A stretch of DNA of 32,000 bases from assembly GCA_003194425.1 (NCBI GenBank), contig PQXB01000001.1:820444-852443 (forward strand). The letters are read 5' to 3'. The notes beneath the pieces were generated by a model. The model was not told where the DNA came from, ran no database searches, and worked only from the letters and a program-made list of their open reading frames with translations. A program made the position numbers and the translations under genes. The DNA comes from Candidatus Methanophagaceae archaeon. GTDB lineage: Archaea; Halobacteriota; Syntropharchaeia; Alkanophagales; Methanospirareceae. Below are positions 15,863-24,518 of this stretch, one piece after another; the first letter of the stretch is position 1, and every line of letters starts with the position of its first letter.

Positions 15863-16647
15863 ATTCTTCTTGCTTTTCTAATGAGTAGAAGAACTGAAAC
15901 AATAAAAGCCGAGGTATTTATCAACGCAAATAAAATGACAAATAAACCTAATAATCTGAAGATTACCGCTAATAATAGCATTGGCAGAACGAGTCCTGTT
16001 ATGTTATAAAAATTAACGGCTAGCACATTAAAGAAACTGGAAGGAGCGCCGAGGACATCTTCTCTTCCAATAAATCTATTCTCTGAAAAAAGTTTCTGAA
16101 ACATACATCCAAGAAGACGTGGAAAAATGTAACCCAATGAAGACCAGCATCCTAAGAATAGAAAAACACTTTTATCAATATTAGTCAAAATGAACACAGA
16201 GCTTAAGTTTATCCACTGCTCAGAGTGATTAAAAACCCCTATGCCTGCACAGCTGAATAAAAGCACACTCATAGTTGTATCAACTACATTATCTAATAAT
16301 GCTCCATATTTGCTGCAGGTATTGGTGCATCTCGCCATGTTACCGTCTACCGAATCAAGTAAATCATAAAAATTAATCAATAAAGCTCCTATAATCATAC
16401 CCTTATAAGTGTTAAAGGCTAATAACATGCATCCTATACTTCCAATTATTAATGAAAAATATGATATATTGTTAGCAGAGATGCCTAATCTTAAGAATAA
16501 CCAGGTTAAATAGTATGAACTTGGTCTTATTATACGACGAACCCACAGATTATATTTTTCAAACTTCTTTTTTTCTTTTGGGAATTGAGACCGAATATCT
16601 TCAACGGTTAACTTTTTTCTGTTCAATTTTCTTCTATTTTTATTCAT
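15859..16647 (-). CDS. CDP-alcohol phosphatidyltransferase-family membrane enzyme
   Basis: DLLDSVDGNMARCTNTCSKYGALLDNVVD fits D(x2)DG(x2)AR(x8)G(x3)D(x3)D. Multiple TM segments are present. Start ATG 16647 is preferred over TTG 16683. Confidence 0.8.
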   Translation of the reverse strand: MNKNRRKLNRKKLTVEDIRSQFPKEKKKFEKYNLWVRRIIRPSSYYLTWLFLRLGISANNISYFSLIIGSIGCMLLAFNTYKGMIIGALLINFYDLLDSVDGNMARCTNTCSKYGALLDNVVDTTMSVLLFSCAGIGVFNHSEQWINLSSVFILTNIDKSVFLFLGCWSSLGYIFPRLLGCMFQKLFSENRFIGREDVLGAPSSFFNVLAVNFYNITGLVLPMLLLAVIFRLLGLFVILFALINTSAFIVSVLLLIRKARRI

Positions 16648-16673
16648 ATTTTTTATTATATCTCCTATACTAA

Positions 16674-17033
16674 CTAACGGCAAGCCTCGCCCTTCAGGGC
16701 GGGGGTCCGTGACACATTTTTATAGACGCGATATTCCCTCATATCAGATAAGAATCCAAAACATTTTACAAAATCACGCGCATCAAGATTCAACGGGATT
16801 CCGAAATCCTCAATCATTACCATAAACTTTCGTTTAGATACTCCAGCGATCTCTGCCGCTTTCCCTAAAGATACAGCGCCCTCTGTATATTCCCTCATCG
16901 CCTTTCTTACTCTATATTCATTTATGATCTTCATGATAGACATATATGCCAAATCCTTCATCGAGATGTCAATCTCCTTCGCTATCTCCTTCAACCATTT
17001 GTCATCTTCCGCTTTAAGATCTATTTTCAGCAT
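16674..17033 (-). CDS. UPF0175-family antitoxin-like protein (HTH)
   Basis: ...EYTEGAVSLGKAAEIAGVSKRKFMVMIEDFGIPL matches the UPF0175 core (g.iSlgkAAelaG.s..eF...l...gIp). It overlaps the PIN gene by 20 nt. Confidence 0.65.
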   Translation of the reverse strand: MLKIDLKAEDDKWLKEIAKEIDISMKDLAYMSIMKIINEYRVRKAMREYTEGAVSLGKAAEIAGVSKRKFMVMIEDFGIPLNLDARDFVKCFGFLSDMREYRVYKNVSRTPALKGEACR

Positions 17034-17523
17034 TTTTTAATACCTCCTTCGCTTTATTTATCACCTCATCTCTTAAAACCCTTCTCAACTTCTCTAATAA
17101 TTTATAAGCCATATCTTTATTAATCTTTTCTATCAGGCATAGATCGACTACAATGTTTGCTGAAGAGATATATTTTAGATTAAAACGATTCATCACCTGA
17201 TATACCTTTGAATCATCTATCAGCACAAAGCAATCTTTTTTCTCTATCGCATAGGCAATAATCTCTATTTCACCAGAAGATATGCTAATTTCATGTTTAA
17301 TCTTTTCTTGTATCTTTTTTGGTGTGATAATCTGGATAACTCCTTTATTCGAAACCCTCTCGAATAAATTTGCATCCTCTGCAAACCCCTTTCCTTCCAA
17401 TATCTCATTACTAACCTTTGGTGTCACACATACATAAAAATTCTCAATCAAATAGGTGGTAAGATCCACCCTAAACAAGTTTATCCATGAAGATGTATCG
17501 ATTATAATCTTTGGCTTTTGCAT
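17014..17523 (-). CDS. PIN-like (DUF3368-type) nuclease toxin
   Basis: The N-terminus is IIIDTSSWINLFRV. The segments ...SSGEIEIIAYAIEKKDCFVLIDDSKVYQVMNRFNLKYISSANIVVDL match the GEaE.I.lA...(x)lDD..aR pattern of PIN-like partners of UPF0175. Confidence 0.7.
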   Translation of the reverse strand: MQKPKIIIDTSSWINLFRVDLTTYLIENFYVCVTPKVSNEILEGKGFAEDANLFERVSNKGVIQIITPKKIQEKIKHEISISSGEIEIIAYAIEKKDCFVLIDDSKVYQVMNRFNLKYISSANIVVDLCLIEKINKDMAYKLLEKLRRVLRDEVINKAKEVLKNAENRS

Positions 17524-17552
17524 TTTATCGGGTAGAGACCTATAAAGCTCGC

Positions 17553-17690
17553 TTTATCTTTGTTCTGATAATCGCCTTCCTTATTCCCGATTTCCTCATT
17601 TTATCGCCTTTTCTCTAACCTGATATAATCATAAAACCTGTATTTAAACGCTTCAAAACCCTTTATCGTCTCAGTAGCCGTTTCATATTA
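17553..17690 (-). pseudogene. Relic of a second MNT-HEPN module (only the gene junction survives)
   Basis: About 135 nt align, with indels, to 13473-13600. The relic encodes YETATETIKGFEAFKYRFYDYIRLEKRR* (intact MNT end: YETATETIKDFEAFKYRFYDYIREKAIK*). It then encodes MRKSGIRKAIIRTKIKRAL* (intact HEPN start: MRRAVIRTKIKEIEE). Confidence 0.75.
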
Positions 17691-17717
17691 CATATTTATT
17701 CCCCTTCCAAAGATTCT

Positions 17718-19478
17718 TCATTCCACCTCCTTCAAATAATACTCCCTCCTCCGCCTCTCGACAACCTCACCGATCAAATACTTTATAAGCCTCGGATTCA
17801 ACATCTTCACCATCTGCACACCCGCACTTCTTCTAAACCTCCGTTCACCCATCTTCTCTAAAATCTCTTTAGCCACCGTTGACGCACTGTATCGGTGTGG
17901 CATCTTGAACTCATTTTCCAGAACTCGTCCTGCCTCTCTTTTCTCGTAGCCCAATCTCCCCAAAACATACTCAAGTTTTTCAGGAATTACACCGTGTGCC
18001 GCTTCGTGAAGAGAGGCGGTAATTGAAACGAACGATTTTGCAGCCGCAGTGATTTTGTTTTCCTTCAATACCGCAACGAACTCGTCAATCTCGCCCTCGT
18101 TCATCCTCGCGAGCGTGTAGAGAAAAGAGTAATATTCGCCAAGCAGATACAAATATTCTGTGAGTGAATGAATAATCACTATTCCCAAATCGAGTTCAGG
18201 CGTCGGCGTCTTAACCCTTACCTCCGCCCCTGACTGTATTTTTCTGTTAATTACGCGTCCTCTGAACTTGTCCTTGTCCATATAAATGAGATGACTCAAC
18301 TCCAACTGCCACTGCAGGTCTATAATTATCTTCGCATCTCGGTCAATGAGGTCGGGGATTGTCGAGCCGCTCACTACTGCTCCTTCTTTGTCTTTGTAGC
18401 CTGCCTCGTGAAAGATTTCGTAGGATTTCTTGTAGACGTCGTAATCGTCCAGAATTAGAAGGTCAACATCGCCCGGAACCGCAGCGTAAGGTCTGATCGT
18501 CTTGAACACGACATATTCGATGCCCGAAGCATCAAGAGTTCTCGAAATTTTTCCCACCCCTTCCAAAAACTTTAAATACCTCTCCTGCTCTTCATCGTAT
18601 TTATCTCTTAGTTTATCCAATCTTCCCTGCTGCTTGAGTGCCTTCAGGTAGAGCAGCGAGATTTTGTTCTTGACTGCGAGGTCGTAGAGTTCAAGAGACT
18701 CGGTACCGTTAACGAAAGGCGGTTTGTTTGGTAGAAAAGGAGAGCCTATCGTTTTTAGAAGTTTCATTGTTTGGCTCGAGTTTTTAGTGTTTTTAGATTC
18801 AAATACCTCTTCTCGCACCCGCTCTTTCAGTTCTGCTAAATCTTTACTCCCGTCCAATCTCTTCATTTTATATTCCTTACCAATCTCTAAATAAACCTTC
18901 CTCCGCTCCTTTAAATAGCTTAGGGACGGCGTGTCTTCTTTTCTCTGAAACGCCGTCTCCTCTGGCAAATCAATCAGAAAAACCAAGTCCGGCTCAGGTG
19001 CAATCCGAAAACAGTTCTCAATCAAACCCCTCAAATGGCTAAAATCAGCCTCCGCCTCCTCTCTCGGAATATCATTCATCACCGTGTCATAAACATACCT
19101 GTCGCAAACAACCGTCCTTCCGAGCCTCTTCGGAAGAATTATCTTGGCAAGGAGCTGGAGAGAATAGTCGAACAGCAAATATTTCTGATAAACTGACGAC
19201 ACTAACGAAAACCTCCTCACCGCATCCCTCTTGGCACTTGAATAATCTTCGTACTCTCTTATGTTCCGCCCGTGCAGAAACAGAAACTTCCCAATCTCCA
19301 ATGCAGGTCTCGCCAGAAAGGGCTTGTATCTGCCGTAAACATAATTGCATTTCACCCCCCTCCTCTTCATCTCCGCAGCCAAAAACCTTGCCAGCGTCGT
19401 CTTGCCAGCACCGTCCATTCCAGTAAAACAAATCAACTTAGCCTTTGCCCTTCTCATTTTCCTTGACGAGTTTTTCAT
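17718..19478 (-). CDS. Fusion protein: thymidylate-kinase-like P-loop domain + NTP_transf_5-like (uncharacterised pol-beta superfamily) nucleotidyltransferase domain
   Basis: 586 aa. The N-terminal domain has KLICFTGMDGAGKTTLARFL (P-loop) ...DRYVYDT...FLIDLPEETAFQR. The C-terminal domain has ...VVFKTIRPYAAVPGDVDLLILDD...VVERRRREYY. The two halves align with the separate genes 24519..25025 and 22409..23503. Start is ATG 19478 or ATG 19457. Confidence 0.8.
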   Translation of the reverse strand: MKNSSRKMRRAKAKLICFTGMDGAGKTTLARFLAAEMKRRGVKCNYVYGRYKPFLARPALEIGKFLFLHGRNIREYEDYSSAKRDAVRRFSLVSSVYQKYLLFDYSLQLLAKIILPKRLGRTVVCDRYVYDTVMNDIPREEAEADFSHLRGLIENCFRIAPEPDLVFLIDLPEETAFQRKEDTPSLSYLKERRKVYLEIGKEYKMKRLDGSKDLAELKERVREEVFESKNTKNSSQTMKLLKTIGSPFLPNKPPFVNGTESLELYDLAVKNKISLLYLKALKQQGRLDKLRDKYDEEQERYLKFLEGVGKISRTLDASGIEYVVFKTIRPYAAVPGDVDLLILDDYDVYKKSYEIFHEAGYKDKEGAVVSGSTIPDLIDRDAKIIIDLQWQLELSHLIYMDKDKFRGRVINRKIQSGAEVRVKTPTPELDLGIVIIHSLTEYLYLLGEYYSFLYTLARMNEGEIDEFVAVLKENKITAAAKSFVSITASLHEAAHGVIPEKLEYVLGRLGYEKREAGRVLENEFKMPHRYSASTVAKEILEKMGERRFRRSAGVQMVKMLNPRLIKYLIGEVVERRRREYYLKEVE

Positions 19479-20508
19479 AAATCACCTCCAGCCTCTTCAC
19501 CACATTCTCCCACGAATACGGCAACACCTTCTCCCTGGTTTTAATCTCCGCCCCGTTTTCAATCTCCTTCACAGCCTTAACAAAATCCCCCTCCCCTTCA
19601 GCAAAGACCAAGCCCTCACCTTCCACGAAAACTCTTGGCAGTGCTCCAAATTTAGTGGTGAGAACAGGCAAATTACACGACATCGCCTCTAACACAGAGA
19701 GCGGCATTTCTATTGCATTTATCTTATTCTCCGGCGGCGTTGGAAAGACATAACAGTCTGAAAGTGCATAAACCTCCTCCACGTTCTTAAAATAGTTCAC
19801 CCAAATCTTGCAACCACTCTCTTTGAGACTTCGGTAGAGACGCTTTTCAATCCCTGTCGACCTGCTCCCGATAATCAGAACCTGTCCCTCTTTTCTCCTC
19901 GCAATCTCCTTAAAGATTTCAATTCCCCGCCCCTCTTTTATCGAGCCCACATGCAGAATCACAAAATCCCCTTTCTCTTTCCCGTTCTCCACTTTCTCTT
20001 TCTCTACGCCATATTTCGCTCGCAACGCCTCTTTAACGCCGTCAGAAACCGGAACAAACCTCTTGAGATCCACACCACCCGGTAAAAACTCAGTCTTGCA
20101 CCCCAATCCCTTAAACAGCCTCTCACTCTCTTCCGACTGCGTTAGCACCAAATCAGGTTTGAAGAGAGAAAAGATTTTCTTTGATAAGCGGAAAGGGGCG
20201 GGATGAGTTGCAGACACTACCATCTTCACTTTCGTCTCCTCCTTCGCATTCACACCCTTGCAATAAAACGCAAGCCCCTTCAAAATCATCAAACTTTTAA
20301 GAGACGGGCCATGAACATAATGAATTATTTGAGGTTTAAACGCTCTAATCTCCTTCCAAAAACTTTTAAAAAATATCTTTTTAATATTTAAAGGTAAAAC
20401 TTGGTGGTGCTTTGAGAGTTCCTCGCTCAAATAAAAACTCGTCTTCCGCATTCCTTCTTCTAAATCTCCTGAATATTCTCCTATTAAACATATTCTCATA
20501 CTTTTCAT
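19438..20508 (-). CDS. GT4-family glycosyltransferase
   Basis: 356 aa. ...YVFPTPPENKINAIEMPLSVLEAMSCNLPVLTTKFGALPRVFVEGEGLVF is a Glycos_transf_1-type C-lobe. Confidence 0.8.
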   Translation of the reverse strand: MKSMRICLIGEYSGDLEEGMRKTSFYLSEELSKHHQVLPLNIKKIFFKSFWKEIRAFKPQIIHYVHGPSLKSLMILKGLAFYCKGVNAKEETKVKMVVSATHPAPFRLSKKIFSLFKPDLVLTQSEESERLFKGLGCKTEFLPGGVDLKRFVPVSDGVKEALRAKYGVEKEKVENGKEKGDFVILHVGSIKEGRGIEIFKEIARRKEGQVLIIGSRSTGIEKRLYRSLKESGCKIWVNYFKNVEEVYALSDCYVFPTPPENKINAIEMPLSVLEAMSCNLPVLTTKFGALPRVFVEGEGLVFAEGEGDFVKAVKEIENGAEIKTREKVLPYSWENVVKRLEVIYEKLVKENEKGKG

Positions 20509-20770
20509 CTAGTTCTTCTTTGGCTCATCCTCTGTAAACCCCTTTCCTGTGTTTTTAATCTTTTCATTTGGTTTAATCTTTTCATTTGGCTCTTGAACTT
20601 TTCAGATAGCTCTATTTAAGTCATTCTTCCTCTAGATCGCTAAAGAATTTATCAATATCTTTCTCTGTTTTGAGTGTGTAATATCGCCCTGCCTCAAAAT
20701 CCCTCTCGCTCTCCTCGATACCACTCATCAAATCTTCATCACTCAAAATCTCAAGCTTTGTCCTATTTAT
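20509..20770 (-). pseudogene. Relic of a RelB/RelE-type TA module between two GT genes
   Basis: 20770-20621 reads INRTKLEILSDEDLMSGIEESERDFEAGRYYTLKTEKDIDKFFSDLEEE*, an antitoxin-like C-terminus with no proper start. An overlapping ATG then reads M-T-TAA-IELSEKFKSQMKRL..., a RelE-like N-terminus with a stop at codon 3. It is truncated by the next GT start. Confidence 0.45.
20554..20589. repeat. Perfect 2 x 18-bp tandem duplication (tttaatcttttcatttgg)
   Basis: Read directly: 20554-20571 = 20572-20589. It lies inside the toxin relic, producing SQMKRL/NQMKRL. Confidence 0.97.
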
Positions 20771-21955
20771 TTAAATATTCAAAACCTTCTCATAAACCTT
20801 CTCCGTCTCTTCTGCAATCCGCTCCCACGAATAATCTTCAACTTTCTTCCTGCCATTTCTCCCCATCCTTCTTCTTACTTCCTCGTTCTCCAATAAATAA
20901 ATTATCGCTTCTGCCAACGCTTCCTCGTCCTTTGGCGGAACTAACACACCATTCTCTCCATTTTTTACCACATCAGGAACACCGCCAATCTTAGACGCCA
21001 CAATCGGGACGCTACAAGCCATCGCCTCTAAATTCACGATTCCAAAGATTTCATGTTTCATCACCGAAGGCAAACAGAAAACATCTGCCGAGTTGTAATA
21101 AAACGGTTTCAAACGCTCCTCGACAAATCCTGCAAATTTTACATATTTTCCAAGACCTAACTTTCTCGACAATGCCTCAAGTTCTTCTTTCATTCTACCA
21201 CTTCCAACGAAGACTAATTTAGTATTTGGAATGTTTTTTATTATTTTTGGCATCGCTTTCAACAAAACATCAGGTCCCTTGTGCGGGCTGAGTGTTCCAA
21301 CAAATAATATAATCCTGCTGTCAATAGGCAAATCTAACTTCTCCCTGCATTCTTCTTTTGAATAATGAAGGTCAAAATCCTCTATATTTATCCCGTTTGG
21401 AATTACAACAATCTTATCTCTGTATTTCCCTAAAAACTGTGATTCATTGATGTAATATTCTGAAGGCGAGATTATGACATCTGCATAAGATAAAATTTTG
21501 TCAAGAAGAAATTTGTTGTAAAAATAAACGCTAATTCTTCGAGCAAAACCACCCATATTTTCTTCTAAGTCCCCATGATATGTAACCACAAGCGGAAGTT
21601 TCTTCTTTTTTGCACATCTTAGCCCTGCAATGTCTCCTATAGGAACAGAAATATGAGTATGGATGAGGTCAGTAGGATATTTTACAGAATTTTTTAGAAG
21701 TCCAAATGAAAATCTTCCGCTTGCAACGCTGAGATTGGTTCCGTATCTGTATATTTTTATATTTTTGTGTTCTTCAATTTCATCTTTAGAATCGGCGGAT
21801 GTAGTAAAAATCGATATTTCGTGTCCTTCGTGTCCTTTTTCTGCTAAATAAGATGCTAAATTCTCTGCAGCAGCTTCGGCACCACGAACAGTATATTTTT
21901 CATCAACTATTTTGCTTCTGTAGGGAAAATGAGTGATAAAATAATTTATTTTCAT
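20771..21955 (-). CDS. GT4-family glycosyltransferase
   Basis: 394 aa. ...CLPSVMKHEIFGIVNLEAMACSVPIVASKIGGVPDVVKNGENGVLVPP. Confidence 0.85.
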   Translation of the reverse strand: MKINYFITHFPYRSKIVDEKYTVRGAEAAAENLASYLAEKGHEGHEISIFTTSADSKDEIEEHKNIKIYRYGTNLSVASGRFSFGLLKNSVKYPTDLIHTHISVPIGDIAGLRCAKKKKLPLVVTYHGDLEENMGGFARRISVYFYNKFLLDKILSYADVIISPSEYYINESQFLGKYRDKIVVIPNGINIEDFDLHYSKEECREKLDLPIDSRIILFVGTLSPHKGPDVLLKAMPKIIKNIPNTKLVFVGSGRMKEELEALSRKLGLGKYVKFAGFVEERLKPFYYNSADVFCLPSVMKHEIFGIVNLEAMACSVPIVASKIGGVPDVVKNGENGVLVPPKDEEALAEAIIYLLENEEVRRRMGRNGRKKVEDYSWERIAEETEKVYEKVLNI

Positions 21956-22377
21956 ATTCCCTCTTCATAAACTTTTTCAACCAAACAAACTATCTTTCCC
22001 CAATCATACCATTTTGCGCTTTCAATACATTTCCTTTTCATTTCTCTTTTCCTATTCAATGTTACCAATATTCCTTTCCTAATTTCTTTTTCTGAAAGCT
22101 CACATACAATCCCATTCTCATTTCTTATAAAATCACATACTGCATTCCTTTTATGATTCACTGTAACAACCGGCAATCCACATGCATTCGCCTCTAACGC
22201 AACAATCCCAAATCCTTCTCTTGTCGAAGGCAGGATAAATATCTCAGATGACTTCATATATGAGATCACATCATCATAATCTTCTAAAAAGCCTACAAAC
22301 TTAATGTTATCCTCTAATCTCAAATCATAAACAGCACCAGAAAGAAGTTTTATCAACTTCACCGTTCCATCCCTCAC
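21952..22377 (-). pseudogene. 5'-truncated GT4 glycosyltransferase (C-terminal ~140 aa only)
   Basis: ...FILPSTREGFGIVALEANACGLPVVTV... is the C-lobe of a GT4 enzyme. The frame is closed by a stop at 22384-22386 and opens only with GTG 22377. The ~220-aa N-terminal lobe is absent. It still has an ATGA overlap with the downstream GT4 gene. Confidence 0.7.
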
Positions 22378-22408
22378 AAATAGTTACAGCATTAGCATTT
22401 TTCCTATA

Positions 22409-23503
22409 TTAATATGTCTCCCTCCTCCTTCTCTCAACTACTACTCTAATTACATACAACATTGTTTTTGGATTCAGTATTTTTAACATTTGCCACATAA
22501 TACTTTTTGCTGCTTTTTTTTCTTTCATTTTTTCAAGCAATATAATAATTATAGTCAAAAAAAGGTATTTATGCGGTGTTTTGAGTATTTTTTTATACAG
22601 TTTAGTTGTTTCAAAATTATTCTTTCCCAGCTCTGATGTTATGATTCTTATTTTCTCAGGTATAAAGCCATGTGCTACTTCATGAAGAACTGCAATTATA
22701 GAAATTACTGTTTTAACGGCGAATGTTATATTGTTTTCTTTGACAATACTAATAAAATCATTAATATCCTCAGCATTCATTTTGGATAGGTAATGAAGTG
22801 CTGTATAATAAAGGTGCAATGTAAAGATTTGTTCAGGGAATATAGAATGCACAAATACCGTAGCTAATTCTGCTCCTGGCTTTAGAATACTTATGTTCTC
22901 TTCAAATAGTGCTGTTTTAGTTACGTGTTTCTCAAGTAGATTTTTATCAAGATAAATAATATTTATTGCTCCTAATTCTCGGTATAAATCTATATCATAA
23001 ATATCCTTCTCCTTTGGATTTTTGTGTTTTTCATTCCTTGCATCGTGTATCATCACTTCTAAAGGTGCTTCTCCAATAACATCATAGCCGCTCTTTTTTG
23101 CAGTTTTAATAATCTCTTCGAACTGATTCCACGAATTAAAAATCAGAATGTCTACATCGTTTGGTACAAAAGAAAAGGGCATAAGACTCTTTACGACACA
23201 ATATTTGATTTTTTTGGAATTTAATAAACTAGAAATTCTAACTGCCGTAGTTAGATGTTCTCTCTGATTTTTTTTGTGTTTTTCATATTCTGATTGAAGT
23301 TTATTTAAACAACCCTCCTCTTTAAGCGCCTCTAAATATAATAAACCTATCTTATTCTTTTCCGCACACTCATATAGTTTTAAATCTTCTTTTTTATTTT
23401 CAAACAGCTCTTGTTCTGATGCAAATGGAGAGCCTATTGTTCTTAAAATCTTTACAGTTGCATTCATTGAAACATCTTCCTCTTTATCGTATGACAAAAC
23501 CAT
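22409..23503 (-). CDS. NTP_transf_5-like nucleotidyltransferase (stand-alone paralog of the C-terminal half of 17718..19478)
   Basis: KILRTIGSPFASEQ...LKLYECAEKNKIGLLYLEALKEEGCLNKL...VVKSLMPFSFVPNDVDILIFNS...VVERRRRETY is colinear with residues ~240-586 of the fusion protein. Confidence 0.75.
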   Translation of the reverse strand: MVLSYDKEEDVSMNATVKILRTIGSPFASEQELFENKKEDLKLYECAEKNKIGLLYLEALKEEGCLNKLQSEYEKHKKNQREHLTTAVRISSLLNSKKIKYCVVKSLMPFSFVPNDVDILIFNSWNQFEEIIKTAKKSGYDVIGEAPLEVMIHDARNEKHKNPKEKDIYDIDLYRELGAINIIYLDKNLLEKHVTKTALFEENISILKPGAELATVFVHSIFPEQIFTLHLYYTALHYLSKMNAEDINDFISIVKENNITFAVKTVISIIAVLHEVAHGFIPEKIRIITSELGKNNFETTKLYKKILKTPHKYLFLTIIIILLEKMKEKKAAKSIMWQMLKILNPKTMLYVIRVVVERRRRETY

Positions 23504-23565
23504 TGTTTCTTTTTTTAAATAACTTTTTCACCCTTTTATTTGAGTACCTTTTTTGCTCGTTGAAT

Positions 23566-24328
23566 TTAAAAGTGCGTTGACAATCCCCTTTTTTGACATA
23601 CTTCTAGCACATCTGGATGGAACTCCTGAGCCTGAAACAGGAATGTCCCTCGAACATAGCCAGCCAACCAGCCCCAAAAACATCGTCCAAATGGACCCAT
23701 TTTTTTCAGCCACCGTCCTAACCAAAAACTTGGCGAATCAAAATTAGAGCGAGCCGCCTTCTGAATAGTCCCTCGAAGGTGCCCTATGTATCGGAAACCA
23801 TTTAACTCGAATGTTTTGATCCAAACTGCTCTGCTGTGGTCATTAATGTGTTCGACATCAATCTGTATCCTCAATGTGCGCCACCACCATCTTGCTTCGA
23901 AAGGGGGGGTGGGCGTCATAATAAACGCAATTCCTCCGGGCTTCAAAACTCTATACGTCTCTGAAATTAGTTTGCCAGGCCTCTGCAAATGTTGTAATAT
24001 TTGTTGTGCTATTACTAAATCAAATTGTTTTTCACTAAAGGGAAGAGGTTCAAAATCAATATCTACCTGACTAAGGTATCCTCTAACTGATTCTCTGGCA
24101 TGGAGAAGGGCATTTTTGGAAATATCAACACCATAAGCTTCGATATTCGATGATCTAAGCGCATGAACAAGCTCTCCGGTATTACAAGCCAATATCCAAT
24201 GCTGTACCTACTGGGAATCTTTGAACCAAATCTCTTGCTATCAAGTTAAAGAAAGGATTGTCTTTTTGCACAGGACTGAATGTTCCTTCCTTTTCGAAAA
24301 GGCCTTTGAGCGGATTCGTTTCTGGCAT
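23566..24328 (-). pseudogene. Class I SAM-dependent methyltransferase with a +1 frameshift inside motif I
   Basis: AGGAG, then 7 nt, then ATG 24328 opens MPETNPLKGLFEKEGTF...FPVGTALDIGL*. The track ORF 23566..24192 continues (TTG)ACNTGELVHAL...VLKPGGIAFI. The span is 763 nt = 3n+1. Removing one T at 24186-24187 gives ALDIGCNTGEL, a canonical motif I. Confidence 0.8.
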
Positions 24329-24518
24329 GTTAAAACTCCTCTTTACATATTAGATAGTTCTTCTTAATTCCTATTTTCAGGTAAAGCCCCTCTATTGGAT
24401 TCATCGAAATATCTCTCCTTTTCTATTTCGCATTCCAATTCCTCTAATTTTTTCGAGCCATCTAAAATCGTCATATTACATTCTTTTCCCACGTATAGAT
24501 CCCTCTTTCTCCTTTCTT

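Noticed and set aside
16684-16712. GC-rich hairpin (cgccc ttca gggcg) as a transcription terminator
   Set aside because: The stem is only 5 bp and lies inside the UPF0175 ORF tail. Archaeal termination generally relies on oligo-T tracts and not on hairpins.
19087-19692. ORFs 19087..19431 (-), 19238..19426 (+), 19272..19466 (+), 19345..19692 (+)
   Set aside because: They overlap the P-loop region of the kinase-NTase gene and the 3' end of the GT4 gene. No independent support.
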